Source: a virus
Lineage: Duplodnaviria > Heunggongvirae > Uroviricota > Caudoviricetes
Length of the DNA stretch: 64,000 nucleotides
IMG/VR virus record: IMGVR_UViG_3300001687_001192
Strand: one strand, 5' to 3'
Shown here: positions 1 through 9,096 of the stretch, piece by piece
Position numbering within the stretch: position 1 is the stretch's first letter
Layout of the letters: every line of letters starts with the position of its first letter
Made by a program: the position numbers and the translations under genes
Notes under the pieces: generated by a model
Database searches by the model: none
What the model was told of the DNA's origin: nothing
The model's input: only the letters and a program-made list of their open reading frames with translations

Positions 1-324
1 AGATTAGGAGATCCTTCTCTATGTGGGCGTTGGGTAGGATCTGCGCTTCGAGAACTCGAACCTACTGGCAAAATAACGGAGTTGCCAGAACTGGTTACTT
101 GTAAGACGTGTCTGAAGTATATGGGTGAGTCTACTTCAAACGATCTTCTACATGTTATTGAATACTTTAAGAAGCAAAGCGACTCTTTCGATGTAGTACC
201 TGTCGGTGGTGAAGTAGGAGCACTTAAAATAGTCACTGTTGAGGACAATATTGACAACCTTAGAGTGTTAGTAGATTTATTATTAGAGAGAGCACCTGGT
301 TTCTTAAAGCCACCAAAGGAATGA
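1..324 (+). CDS. hypothetical protein, 5'-partial (open to window start); paralog of 8324..8791 and 14533..14922 (VTCKTC ... LVITTVPxDPDxL ... LVLERG motifs)
   Basis: ORF track 82..324 has no in-frame stop back to nt 1; shared motifs with two other ORFs in window. Confidence 0.5.
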   Translation, partial: RLGDPSLCGRWVGSALRELEPTGKITELPELVTCKTCLKYMGESTSNDLLHVIEYFKKQSDSFDVVPVGGEVGALKIVTVEDNIDNLRVLVDLLLERAPGFLKPPKE

Positions 325-374
325 GTGTTGATAGAATTTGGTCTGAAGGGGTTCGAATCCTCTATCACTCGCCA
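323..374 (+). ncRNA. tRNA-like minihelix: acceptor stem (gagtgtt/atcactc) + T arm (GGTTCGAATCC) + encoded CCA; no anticodon arm
   Basis: T-loop consensus, 6/7 acceptor pairing, 3' gCCA, followed by GAAGGAG RBS and ATG at 394. Confidence 0.4.
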
Positions 375-393
375 ACTTTAGAAGGAGTTTCGC

Positions 394-603
394 ATGAAGT
401 TCTTCGCCGTGCATTACTCTGCTGGTAATAGCATGGACGTTAGGATAAGTCTTCGACTTAACCTGCATACGTCTATTGCTTCTGACATCGGGATTCTCGT
501 TGCCGGTCAAAACAGGTATCTGCTCTGTACGTGCAGCGACCGTGCGGCGAAGTCGCTGTTAGGTTTGTTGCAGCGGCATCCTCAGTTTCACATGGTTTCG
601 TAG
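394..603 (+). CDS. hypothetical protein
   Basis: ORF with GAAGGAG 8 nt upstream. Confidence 0.3.
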   Translation: MKFFAVHYSAGNSMDVRISLRLNLHTSIASDIGILVAGQNRYLLCTCSDRAAKSLLGLLQRHPQFHMVS

Positions 604-619
604 TAACGGAAAGAAGGCA

Positions 620-856
620 ATGAATAGACTGTTTCGTAGAATCGATGACTGGTGTCGAGGTGTAGCTGCTCACATCATTGTGGCCCCCATGAGATTGTTC
701 GATAATGGAGAAGCGAACATTCCTACCGAGATAGCGTTCTTGTGGTTTCTCATGATCGTGTGTCTGCCGGTCACTGGCCCCATATCGCTGCCTTTTTGGG
801 CAGTGGCATATGTGGCTAGCAAGGCTGCCGGGCCGGAAGAAGAGGATGTGGGATGA
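620..856 (+). CDS. hypothetical membrane protein
   Basis: ORF, hydrophobic segment. Confidence 0.35.
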   Translation: MNRLFRRIDDWCRGVAAHIIVAPMRLFDNGEANIPTEIAFLWFLMIVCLPVTGPISLPFWAVAYVASKAAGPEEEDVG

Positions 857-1068
857 CTGTAGAGGGTTTGGTCGGTAGGTTAAAAACACAGAAAGTGTAT
901 GCGGGACAGGTGCAGAGCGGAGATATCCTGGTAGAAGGCACTCCAACATTTATCCAGGCCGTGGCTTTCGTTGCGGATAGGGCGATCTTTGTTTTTGAGG
1001 ATGGAAGCAGGAGAGTCTACTGGGACTACGAAATGGTCAGTATTGTCGACCGTGGTTGTTTTAAGTAA
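853..1068 (+). CDS. hypothetical protein
   Basis: ATGA overlap with upstream ORF. Confidence 0.35.
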   Translation: MTVEGLVGRLKTQKVYAGQVQSGDILVEGTPTFIQAVAFVADRAIFVFEDGSRRVYWDYEMVSIVDRGCFK

Positions 1069-1069
1069 C

Positions 1070-1640
1070 GCGGCGTGGCAAGCGGCATGAGCACGGGCTG
1101 CCCACACGGGGTAGGCTACGGGGCCGGACTCCCACGCCGCCATATATAAGGAAACGCGGGGCGGCGGCTCGTTTATCAACAAAAAAACGTCGAGCTTGCA
1201 GCAATTTGGGCCGCCGCCCCGATTTTCCGGGTTTGCTGCCCGAAAAAATTTTCTTACATAGCCGTTAAAACGGTCGAGGGAGTAAAGGCTAAGTCTTGCG
1301 TTATCTAGGCTGATGATACTTCTTCCCGGTTTGCCCCTATGAAGGGTAAGCATGGTTGCTGGGAAGTCTTAGGCCGTGGTAGCGAGGTAGAGCGGTACCG
1401 GAACTAGGCAACGGTTTGGGCGTGTTTCCGGGACATGCAGCGCCGCGTGGGTTCGATTCCTACCTTAGCCTCCAAGTACGTCTAGCAGCCGGTAACGATG
1501 GGATGGTTGTCCGGTTATCGCCAAAGATCAACTCGTTACAATGGTCGGCTCGAGCCGCCGAGTTGTAGGACATCGACTGGGCAGATGGCTGCATAAATCT
1601 ACCCCATGACGTTCAATTTTTCACTTTTAACCAAGGAGGA
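1070..1640 (+). ncRNA. ORF-poor, GC-rich structured intergenic region (several long-range stems, e.g. gcggcgtgg/ccacgccgc and ggggcggcggc/gccgccgcccc); 3' part 1287-1474 ends in T arm + acceptor + encoded CCA
   Basis: no RBS-led ORF over 570 nt; multiple perfect 9-11 bp inverted repeats; gtgggttcgattcctac T arm, cttagcc-t-CCA pairing with ggctaag at 1287. Confidence 0.4.
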
Positions 1641-1643
1641 GAT

Positions 1644-2087
1644 ATGGTAACGGCGTACTACGTCATCTGTGTGCTCGCGTCTGTGTTTGTATACACGGTT
1701 CTCGGGTTGGTCTTCTACTCGCAAATCGTGGGGTGGTGGTGGGAGTTCGAGACGGTCATATCTTCAGCCGGCGCGACCTTTCGGCTGAAAAATCCGGCAG
1801 CAGGAAGCTATTGTGCTGCTGCTGCCATCTTCTGGCCTTTATCGCTGGCGGCGGCAATCGTGTCGCTAGTCATGAAAATCGTGATTCACGGCATCATACG
1901 CATCGCCGACATGACGTTGGGGCGCTTCTGGCGATTGCTCAAACGCTTGTTTAGTTCCATTCTAGGGGCGTTAATTCTGCCGCAAAGAGCCGCCTTCCCT
2001 GACATAATGGGTACATCGTTGGAGCCACTTGAGCCGGCGACCTGCGACATGTGTCGGGAAAAGTTATCCCAGGCCCCGTACCGCTAG
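1644..2087 (+). CDS. hypothetical membrane protein
   Basis: AACCAAGGAGGAGAT-ATG RBS; several hydrophobic helices. Confidence 0.6.
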   Translation: MVTAYYVICVLASVFVYTVLGLVFYSQIVGWWWEFETVISSAGATFRLKNPAAGSYCAAAAIFWPLSLAAAIVSLVMKIVIHGIIRIADMTLGRFWRLLKRLFSSILGALILPQRAAFPDIMGTSLEPLEPATCDMCREKLSQAPYR

Positions 2088-2095
2088 GAGGTCAC

Positions 2096-2323
2096 ATGGC
2101 ACAGCAACACAAGCCACTAGCAGCAGTGGTTGCGCTGCTCGATGATGGAGCGAAGGAAGATAGAATGATCGCCTACTTCCATCATCTCAACAAGACTCGC
2201 CGAACCGCCGAAGTAGTGCAGATATTTGAGGAGTTTTTCCAGGGCAGCGAGCATGTCCTAGAGAACAAGTTCCCGAGTCTGCACGAGCTTCTGCGGAAAC
2301 ATCGCGAGGCAACCCAGACTTAA
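2096..2323 (+). CDS. hypothetical protein
   Basis: in-frame ATG after CTAGGAGG RBS within track ORF 2051..2323. Confidence 0.5.
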   Translation: MAQQHKPLAAVVALLDDGAKEDRMIAYFHHLNKTRRTAEVVQIFEEFFQGSEHVLENKFPSLHELLRKHREATQT

Positions 2324-2324
2324 C

Positions 2325-2392
2325 GAAACCTATCTGCTGGCGGGGCAGGGGCTTTTAGCCTGATGGTGGTTCGAATTCACCAGGCTTTGCCA
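2325..2392 (+). ncRNA. tRNA-like element (acceptor gaaacct/aggcttt, D arm ctgc-tggcggg-gcag, T arm, encoded gCCA) with truncated 11-nt anticodon hairpin ggcttttagcc
   Basis: paralogous to elements at 4278 and 10332; TTCGAAT T-loop; too short (about 65 nt) for canonical tRNA. Confidence 0.5.
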
Positions 2393-2415
2393 GGAGAATA
2401 ACCAAGGAGACTACT

Positions 2416-2838
2416 ATGGCTGTTGATAAAAGAAGGGTTGCAATGCCTGACTGCTGGTCTCCGGTACGGAAGTTGGCCAGCGAGTTGGCAGATGGTTGCC
2501 AGCTTCAGAAGGGTGCCATTAGCTTGAAGCGAGATGGAGATTGCAAGTATACGCTCGCTCTTCGTAGTGGGCAGAAGCCTTTCACTTGTCCAGTGAAAGC
2601 GGTCTTCATGTTCATCTACTACGCCGGTGGCCCCGAGTCTATCGAGGTTATCGAGTACAAGGAACCGGAGCATAATTGGCGGGCTTATATCAACACTAGT
2701 GGGGCGTATGAAGGTGGAGATGATGTTGTCGTTTGCCCCCAGTGTTTGAAGGAGGACCCGTCATTGGAGGCTGATATCTATTGCTCTACCAGAGAGCCTT
2801 GTCTGAAGCATCAAGACCCGGCCAAGAACGGCCGGTAA
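2416..2838 (+). CDS. hypothetical Cys-rich protein
   Basis: AACCAAGGAGACTACT-ATG RBS. Confidence 0.6.
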   Translation: MAVDKRRVAMPDCWSPVRKLASELADGCQLQKGAISLKRDGDCKYTLALRSGQKPFTCPVKAVFMFIYYAGGPESIEVIEYKEPEHNWRAYINTSGAYEGGDDVVVCPQCLKEDPSLEADIYCSTREPCLKHQDPAKNGR

Positions 2839-3124
2839 GATCTCATGCCGCATGGCAGCGTTAACGTTAGGTCTGGATGCGTTGTTGCCATGCGTGAAGT
2901 CGTATAGGTTTGATGAGGACCTTTGGCTTCGGCTACCTCCCTCGCCTAGCGTGCGGTCAGTTTGACGAGGCGGAATAATAATCCAGATCACACTGACGTA
3001 CTATCGTAGTTTAGCGGAAAAGCGACCAAGGCCTACCGCATAACTTCTTAGAGGTGCTTGCGGATTCATAGGTTGGGGTAGACGAGAAGTTCGACTCTTC
3101 TCCGATAGTGCCAAGGAGGTCAAA

Positions 3125-3484
3125 ATGGCAAAGTATCATTATTCCTCTTATTGGGGAACATGGAGCCGTAGGCTCTCAAGTGACCACGAGAGCGGGCCAT
3201 ACGTGGAAGTAAACCTCACTCCAATCAAGGATGCGAACTATGCTTCTAGGTGGGACGATGAGGTAATACCAATCATCATTCGCACTCATTGCACGGCTTC
3301 AACGCCGAGAGACATCGATACCAACATCCTGCCGCTTGCAGTTGGTGAGGACATGGTAAAATTTCTTGGAGTTGAGCTGACCAAGAAGCTGTTGGATTAC
3401 GACTTTCTCGCCGACATCGATCCTGAACTTCTCAGGACCAAGATGACGGGCGGAGGCGTGCCATTCCGCGACTTGGTGAAGTGA
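3125..3484 (+). CDS. hypothetical protein
   Basis: CCAAGGAGGTCAAA-ATG RBS. Confidence 0.6.
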   Translation: MAKYHYSSYWGTWSRRLSSDHESGPYVEVNLTPIKDANYASRWDDEVIPIIIRTHCTASTPRDIDTNILPLAVGEDMVKFLGVELTKKLLDYDFLADIDPELLRTKMTGGGVPFRDLVK

Positions 3485-3516
3485 AGTGCTACACGAGATA
3501 ACCAAGGAGGCCAACA

Positions 3517-3957
3517 ATGCCTTTTAGAGTTGAGGCGAGAGAGAGATACATGAATGGTCGCCTCGTTGTCCAGATTTACGAGGACGACGATGGGCCGTTC
3601 TCCGGAATGCCGTATTGTACGCTGAGCACCAATGTACCTGGAGTGGAGCTGGAAGACGACGAGTTCGTACTGAACCATGACCTTAACGGTCCTTTGTTCG
3701 ACGAACTCAGGACCGAGATCCTGGCGAAGTGGTGTGAGGACACCGGTAAGCGGTGTAGTTACGGGTTCGTTCGCGACCAGCCGATTTGGAGGGTCGCGTT
3801 AGACGATACTAAGGTATCAGCTGATAAACTCAAGGCAGTTCCTTTTCCTGAATGCGGCGGCAAATGTGCAGCCGTCGAATACCTCGGTGTGGGCGAGTGT
3901 GAGGCTGTTTGTCCACATAAGTTTGATGGCAATGGTGATCCTATAGCCGATTTTTAA
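3517..3957 (+). CDS. hypothetical protein
   Basis: AACCAAGGAGGCCAACA-ATG RBS. Confidence 0.6.
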   Translation: MPFRVEARERYMNGRLVVQIYEDDDGPFSGMPYCTLSTNVPGVELEDDEFVLNHDLNGPLFDELRTEILAKWCEDTGKRCSYGFVRDQPIWRVALDDTKVSADKLKAVPFPECGGKCAAVEYLGVGECEAVCPHKFDGNGDPIADF

Positions 3958-4277
3958 AGATAGGTTTACGGTGACAATAGACAGGTAAAAGATCTCGATG
4001 GCAAGACTTGGGGCGTGTGCAACTTTATCACCTGCAAAGCTTGCGACGGCGATGATGTCTTGGACCGCTGGGTTCAGGCCAACGAGGAAGCCCACCAGAG
4101 ATTTTGGTGGCTATTATGATCACGCTAAGGTGACGCAATGAGTAAAGGGACTGAAGATGAGAAAAATCGTTAAGCTTATTCGCAGGCTGTGGTTTTGTGA
4201 TCCACCTCCCTTTGCTCGCTGCGAGATTTGTGGCGAGGACATTGAGGAGTGCAACACAAGAGATCATATGCGTTGAT

Positions 4278-4344
4278 GGGACCTATCTGCTAGTGGAGCA
4301 GGAGTCTTTATGACTCGAGGCTGGTTCGAATCCAGTAGGTTTCA
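4278..4344 (+). ncRNA. tRNA-like element (acceptor gggacct/aggtttc, D arm ctgc-tagtgga-gcag, T arm gctgg-TTCGAAT-ccagt) with short anticodon hairpin gagtc-tttat-gactc
   Basis: paralog of 2325 and 10332 elements; if folded as 4-bp stem the 7-nt loop ctttatg would present anticodon UUA. Confidence 0.5.
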
Positions 4345-4362
4345 CTGACTGAGGAGGATACA

Positions 4363-5133
4363 ATGGAGAAGACAGTGGACACTGCGTTCGTTTTCATTTG
4401 CTGCTTTGGCTTCAAATCTCACTACTGCCCATCGGATCTCGCTGATGGCTTGGTAGAGGACTTGGAGTCCAGGGAAGCTGACATCAGGTTCATCGAGAGC
4501 ACGGACAAGGGCTACATCGACCTGCCCGGGATGTGCATGGCTGACAGGCCGATGGAGGAGGTGGTGCTTGGGGAGTTCAGACTTTCCATTCCGTCCCAGG
4601 ACTTCGCATCCATGCTGAGTCGACTCAAGGCTGCTCCGCTAAGGAAATTTGCGGACGGCAGCGAGTACTTCAAACTTCACGGCTTCCATCAGTGCCTCGT
4701 GGTGAGCCCGGAGCAGCGCGATGAGCTTATCCGCATCATGGACGAGATGGTGGCCGACGCCGAGAAGCGAGCCGATGAGGCGGTTGTGGAGTTTGGCAAG
4801 CGCATGGAGAAAGTCGTCGAGAATCGTAATGTGTGCATCCTCGGCGACTCGGAAAGGAAGACGGTTGTACACCACGATGGCGGTGAGGAGTATCCCGAGG
4901 GAGTCACGATGGGGGATGGATCGGTCATGAAATATCGACCTCTCGCCACCATCAAGTGCATGTACTGTGGTAGGCTTGCTACCATGGCGAAGTTTCAGGA
5001 CGGCTCTGTCGGCGGCATCCATGAGACTCCAGAGTGCGCCGAGTTCGCGGCCATGGACGTGTTGGTCTTTTTCCGCGAGAATCGGAAGAAGATGGAACAA
5101 GAGGTTGACGAGGGTAAGTTCAAGCCCAATTAG
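4363..5133 (+). CDS. hypothetical protein (256 aa)
   Basis: ACTGAGGAGGATACA-ATG RBS directly after tRNA-like element. Confidence 0.65.
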   Translation: MEKTVDTAFVFICCFGFKSHYCPSDLADGLVEDLESREADIRFIESTDKGYIDLPGMCMADRPMEEVVLGEFRLSIPSQDFASMLSRLKAAPLRKFADGSEYFKLHGFHQCLVVSPEQRDELIRIMDEMVADAEKRADEAVVEFGKRMEKVVENRNVCILGDSERKTVVHHDGGEEYPEGVTMGDGSVMKYRPLATIKCMYCGRLATMAKFQDGSVGGIHETPECAEFAAMDVLVFFRENRKKMEQEVDEGKFKPN

Positions 5134-5142
5134 GAGGCTACG

Positions 5143-5304
5143 TTGCGCAGTGGTAGGCACAAAAAGGTAATAGAGGCACAACCGTTTGGAGTCGGCAAAT
5201 GGCTGTTATTCTTGGAATGCGGCCATGAGCTGATTCTCCCAAGGCGCAAAAGGAAGAGTGCGCCGAGGACGGCGGCATGCAAAGAGTGCCGCAGAAAGCC
5301 CTGA
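5143..5304 (+). CDS. small zinc-ribbon protein (ECGH ... CKEC), TTG start
   Basis: TTAGGAGG then TTG; CxxH..CxxC. Confidence 0.3.
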   Translation: MRSGRHKKVIEAQPFGVGKWLLFLECGHELILPRRKRKSAPRTAACKECRRKP

Positions 5305-5364
5305 GTTGTTGAGTGCCGCTTGTACTTTAGCGAGTGCAAGCGATACTAAACAAAGGAGGCAGAG

Positions 5365-5631
5365 ATGAAGGTAGCGTTTTGCGACAAGTGTAAGAAGCGG
5401 CTGCCAGGTGAGTTGTGGCATGGCCCACCGTGTCAGTGTCCTGGCAGCGAGAAGATCACCCAGATGTGGGAGAAAATCGGCGAAGCAACACTCGGAATTC
5501 CGGCCAGCGAGGACAACGATCTCACGCCTCTCCAGGGTTTAAGCGTGCTGGCGTACGTGGAGCGGAAGAGGAGAGACCCCGAGGAGTGGTGGAGGGAGCA
5601 GTACCTCATCGCCCAGATCAACAAGATGTGA
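5365..5631 (+). CDS. small zinc-binding protein (CDKC ... CQC)
   Basis: AAACAAAGGAGGCAGAG-ATG RBS. Confidence 0.6.
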   Translation: MKVAFCDKCKKRLPGELWHGPPCQCPGSEKITQMWEKIGEATLGIPASEDNDLTPLQGLSVLAYVERKRRDPEEWWREQYLIAQINKM

Positions 5632-5638
5632 GGTCCAG

Positions 5639-6058
5639 ATGCGAAATAAAGACATTCGTGGTTCAGTTTGCTACGACTGGAGAGACCGGATCGAACTGGT
5701 GATCGACAACGCTGGGCGGTGGCATCTGTGTCGTATTGTCCATATGGACCTCGTGCCAATCGAGGACGTAACGGACAAGCTAGACGAGCTAAACCAGGAG
5801 CGAGTCTCCGTTGCTTGGCAGTACGGCCAGATTGACAATCACATCAAAGCTATGAGGGCTCGCGAGAACTTCCTGGGGTGCCTGAGAGAGCTTGAGGCTG
5901 AAGCCTTCTGGCAGAAGGAGAGACGTAATTTCGGCAATGCTGCCGAGTACCAGAGGCTGGTCAAGAAATACGAGTCCGTCGCGGACGCTGTATGGACACG
6001 AGAGTGGTATGAGGGCTTGGAGATCATGCAATCGGTACTGGCGCGACTAGAGCCGTAG
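5639..6058 (+). CDS. hypothetical protein
   Basis: ORF closely following upstream stop. Confidence 0.5.
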   Translation: MRNKDIRGSVCYDWRDRIELVIDNAGRWHLCRIVHMDLVPIEDVTDKLDELNQERVSVAWQYGQIDNHIKAMRARENFLGCLRELEAEAFWQKERRNFGNAAEYQRLVKKYESVADAVWTREWYEGLEIMQSVLARLEP

Positions 6059-6068
6059 GAGGCGAAAG

Positions 6069-6323
6069 ATGAAGCTATATTACGTGAGGCACCAAGCAGA
6101 GTGTGTCAGATTTGATACGGTGTCAATCGACTCTGGAGTCGCAAAGCGTTCGTGGGCCATATGTGGTAGAGATGCTGCTGGCAATCCTTGTATCATTAAA
6201 GGAGAGGGTAGCATTGCCGGCATCGCGAGTTTTCGCGAGACGATGTCTGTACATGAGGTGCCACGCGAGCAGTACATCAGGGCGTTGGAGGCGGCGACCA
6301 GATTGGCTCCGCCCGCGAGCTAG
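6069..6323 (+). CDS. hypothetical protein
   Basis: GTAGGAGGCGAAAG-ATG RBS. Confidence 0.55.
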   Translation: MKLYYVRHQAECVRFDTVSIDSGVAKRSWAICGRDAAGNPCIIKGEGSIAGIASFRETMSVHEVPREQYIRALEAATRLAPPAS

Positions 6324-6334
6324 GAGACATAGAC

Positions 6335-6952
6335 TTGTCTAAAAGATATCGCAGACACTTATACCTGGCCCCTCCTAGCAATTTTTGTTTTTCGTACTGT
6401 GGAATATCTATTTCTCCATCTTGGAGATTGTCGTCAAGAAACTGCGAGTGGTGTAAGTTATGCTTAAAGTACGCGACTGCAAAGAATTCCTTTGCGGCGA
6501 CCACGTTGAATGTAGCAGGGCGATCGATGTTTATAGTTGCCAAGACGAACATATATTATTTGAATCCATCTAAATTCTTGAATGCTGCTACTCAGTTAGA
6601 TACCATTGCACATGGTCAGATGGTATACAGAGGTATTCCATATCCATCGAGTAGTTGTGGTTTCCCATCTGCCGTTGCGCGATTGGGTGGCTTTATTATT
6701 ATAACCACAGATGGCCGACACGGACGAGGCGATTGGTTTGAATTCAGACAATGGATGTACGAGATCTTTTGGTCCATGCTTACAGCGGATGCTGACAGCC
6801 TAGAGTGTAAATGTGCTTGGGAAGTATTAACGAGTCGCGAGAACAGCGACCCTGGCGATGCATTAGTTGGGTTGATGCACGTTGGCAATACTGGACCGAT
6901 AACAGACCATTTTAAGGAATGGGCGAAAGCATTTGGTCATACTATATTATGA
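6335..6952 (+). CDS. hypothetical protein in AT-rich segment, TTG start
   Basis: GCTAGGAGA RBS 7 nt before TTG; composition differs from neighbours. Confidence 0.4.
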   Translation: MSKRYRRHLYLAPPSNFCFSYCGISISPSWRLSSRNCEWCKLCLKYATAKNSFAATTLNVAGRSMFIVAKTNIYYLNPSKFLNAATQLDTIAHGQMVYRGIPYPSSSCGFPSAVARLGGFIIITTDGRHGRGDWFEFRQWMYEIFWSMLTADADSLECKCAWEVLTSRENSDPGDALVGLMHVGNTGPITDHFKEWAKAFGHTIL

Positions 6953-7010
6953 TTGTTGAGTGCCTCGTGGGTTCTGAGGAACCCAGGCGGGACCTAACAA
7001 AGGAGGAGAG

Positions 7011-7253
7011 ATGTCCAAGACCAGAAGGCAGCGTATCGAGGCGAAGCTGACCAGTGCGAAGGAGAACTTGAAGAGCCAGGTCGAGGTGATGGCGAAGAAA
7101 AACCGCAAGCAGGCCGGGATGCTCGCTGACCGGAACGGGACCCTCCGGGTCCTCGTTTCCATGCTCACTCCCGAGCAGCACGCCGAGATCGAGAAGCTCG
7201 ATGACGAGAAGCACGCGGAGGTCAAGAAGCTGGTGAAGGAGTTCATGCCGTAG
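7011..7253 (+). CDS. small coiled-coil protein
   Basis: AAAGGAGGAGAG-ATG RBS. Confidence 0.6.
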   Translation: MSKTRRQRIEAKLTSAKENLKSQVEVMAKKNRKQAGMLADRNGTLRVLVSMLTPEQHAEIEKLDDEKHAEVKKLVKEFMP

Positions 7254-7260
7254 CGGGGCA

Positions 7261-7330
7261 GGGGATGTAGCTCAGACGGCAGAGCCCCACGATAACGTGG
7301 AGGGCGTAGGTTCGACTCCTACCATCCCCT
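7261..7330 (+). ncRNA. tRNA-like gene, 70 nt: perfect acceptor (ggggatg/catcccc), canonical D arm (GCTCAGACGGCAGAGC) and T arm (gtagg-TTCGACT-cctac), but anticodon region ccacg-ATAA-cgtgg (4-nt loop)
   Basis: all tRNA arms except anticodon arm are canonical; no encoded CCA. Confidence 0.55.
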
Positions 7331-7376
7331 CTAAGCAGGCGACTAGACGAAAGGTCTGGTGGAAAGGAAGAACGTG

Positions 7377-8297
7377 ATGCCTTCTCCTAGGCTTGAAAAA
7401 GGTGGAGTATCAGATAAATCAGACTGGGTGGTCAATTGCAACACGCACAAGTGTCCCTTTGGGTGTGTCTATTGTGCCAGCAATGGTCTCAAAAATATCA
7501 GGGGAAAGAAGTTCAGTTGGGATGAGGGGAAGGTAACAATTCGCCGTTTAGATAGACATTGTGGCACAAACATATCCGAAAGTCTTTGGGAAATCAGGCC
7601 GGGGGACGTAGTTCAAGTTCCCAGCTCTCATGACATAACCTCATGCAAGATGGCCATGAAACTGGTAAAGCCAATCAGAGAGATTTTGGAGCGCGACGGC
7701 ATAGTAGTGGTCCACTCGAAAATGAGTCTCAGCGTAGCTAAGATAATAGGATCTGAATTATACAAGTACCGGAAGAAAAACCTAGTAATTCAGATCACTA
7801 TCGGAACAACTAACGCGAAGCTGATGTCTGCTGTTGAACCAAAGGCTCCAGGGTTGCAGGAAAGGCTTGGGTCTCTACAGTTTCTTTACAAGCTCGGGTT
7901 TAGGACTGGTGTGGCGTGCACGCCAGCGCTAGATGTCGATGTAAAGAGTACGCACAGAATGGTTTCACCGTATACCAAAATGCGGTTTCATATAGGATCG
8001 ATTAGGCTGGTGGGGAACGGCGCACTCGGCGACCGCGCGATGCATGCTTTTAATCGTGCATATGGTTGCCGGGATGCCAATGTCGCCAACGTACATCCGG
8101 AGAGTTGTAAGGCAAGAAAAATACTATCCGATTGGCTGTACAGTTACGGCGACCTCTTCGACGCCAATTGGGCCGAACGGGTGATTGGCTTTGCAAAGCG
8201 GCGTAAGAAGGTTGTGTGCGAACGAGACGTATATGACCTTACCAAGGCTTGGCACTTCTTTGTGGCACCACGGTATACGCTGTTTGATTTTCTATAG
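7377..8297 (+). CDS. radical SAM domain protein (N-terminal CPFGCVYC = CxxxCxxC)
   Basis: AAAGGAAG RBS 6 nt before ATG (track ORF starts at GTG 7359); CxxxCxxC cluster. Confidence 0.65.
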   Translation: MPSPRLEKGGVSDKSDWVVNCNTHKCPFGCVYCASNGLKNIRGKKFSWDEGKVTIRRLDRHCGTNISESLWEIRPGDVVQVPSSHDITSCKMAMKLVKPIREILERDGIVVVHSKMSLSVAKIIGSELYKYRKKNLVIQITIGTTNAKLMSAVEPKAPGLQERLGSLQFLYKLGFRTGVACTPALDVDVKSTHRMVSPYTKMRFHIGSIRLVGNGALGDRAMHAFNRAYGCRDANVANVHPESCKARKILSDWLYSYGDLFDANWAERVIGFAKRRKKVVCERDVYDLTKAWHFFVAPRYTLFDFL

Positions 8298-8323
8298 ATT
8301 TTGCTTAGTGCTGGAGAGAAGTA

Positions 8324-8791
8324 ATGGCAAACAAGAAGGTTCATTGGCGAGCGATGCCACGGCGATTTGGAAGAGAGGGCTCGCCTGATACTATGTGTGG
8401 TCACTACGGTACTACTACCAACATACTGAAGCGAGTAACGTGCAAGACCTGTATTAGGATTCTAAAAAAGGCTGGGAAAGAGATTCCAGGTCCTATGCCA
8501 GACCTTCATTTATATAGCCCATCGTTTAGCCTTAGACATGGGGCAAACGGCAAGGCTCAGCTTGTCATCACGACTGTCCCAAAGGATCCTGACGATCTGC
8601 GCCCCTTTATGGATTTGGTCCTAGAAAGGGGATACGATTACATACTGCCGCCGGCAGTTGCAAAAGAAGTAAATAAAGAGACGGCCAAGAAGAAGGTAGC
8701 CAAGAAGAAAGTGGTTAAGAGGAAGAATGTAGGGAAAAGAGCCATAGGGGGTAGAAGGAGAAGGACATTTGTGCCAGTCGTTTATCGCTGA
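8324..8791 (+). CDS. hypothetical protein, family with 1..324 and 14533..14922 (RVTCKTC ... LVITTVPKDPDDL ... LVLERGYDYILP); Lys-rich tail
   Basis: GGAGAGAAGTA-ATG RBS; shared motifs. Confidence 0.6.
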   Translation: MANKKVHWRAMPRRFGREGSPDTMCGHYGTTTNILKRVTCKTCIRILKKAGKEIPGPMPDLHLYSPSFSLRHGANGKAQLVITTVPKDPDDLRPFMDLVLERGYDYILPPAVAKEVNKETAKKKVAKKKVVKRKNVGKRAIGGRRRRTFVPVVYR

Positions 8792-8868
8792 CATGTCCAA
8801 GTTCCCGTTCGGCGGCCAGTCGATTTTGTGTCGCTACTTTCTTGTATCCCATGAAAAAGGAGAGTGCA

Positions 8869-9096
8869 ATGATTCCAAATACGCATTACTATGAGACGCC
8901 AGACGGCGAGTTTACCTACGTCACGAAGCGTCTGTTTCTCGCATACCATTCCGAGGAAGAGTGGAAGGTTTTCTCGAAGTGGATGACGGGGCAGACCGTC
9001 GGGCTAGTAGGTGGTCAGCAGGCGATCTACTCATGGGACTACGAGAGGTGGGCTCGTCAGGGAAAGCAGACCGAGCAAGGACCGGATTGGGATTAA
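8869..9096 (+). CDS. hypothetical protein
   Basis: AAAAAGGAGAGTGCA-ATG inside track ORF 8842..9096. Confidence 0.5.
   Translation: MIPNTHYYETPDGEFTYVTKRLFLAYHSEEEWKVFSKWMTGQTVGLVGGQQAIYSWDYERWARQGKQTEQGPDWD

Noticed and set aside
1070-1480. tmRNA in the 1070-1640 structured region
   Set aside because: Only a T arm + acceptor + CCA terminus with a partner 177 nt upstream could be found. At 188 nt it is too short for tmRNA, and no tag-peptide reading frame ending in a hydrophobic tail plus stop was recognised. It is left as an unassigned structured RNA.
4278-4344. Ochre-suppressor tRNA (anticodon UUA) at 4278-4344
   Set aside because: It has an anticodon only if the hairpin is folded with a 4-bp stem, and then position 37 is a pyrimidine. 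The paralogs at 2325 and 10332 have even shorter hairpins. It is treated as a tRNA-like element rather than a decoding tRNA.
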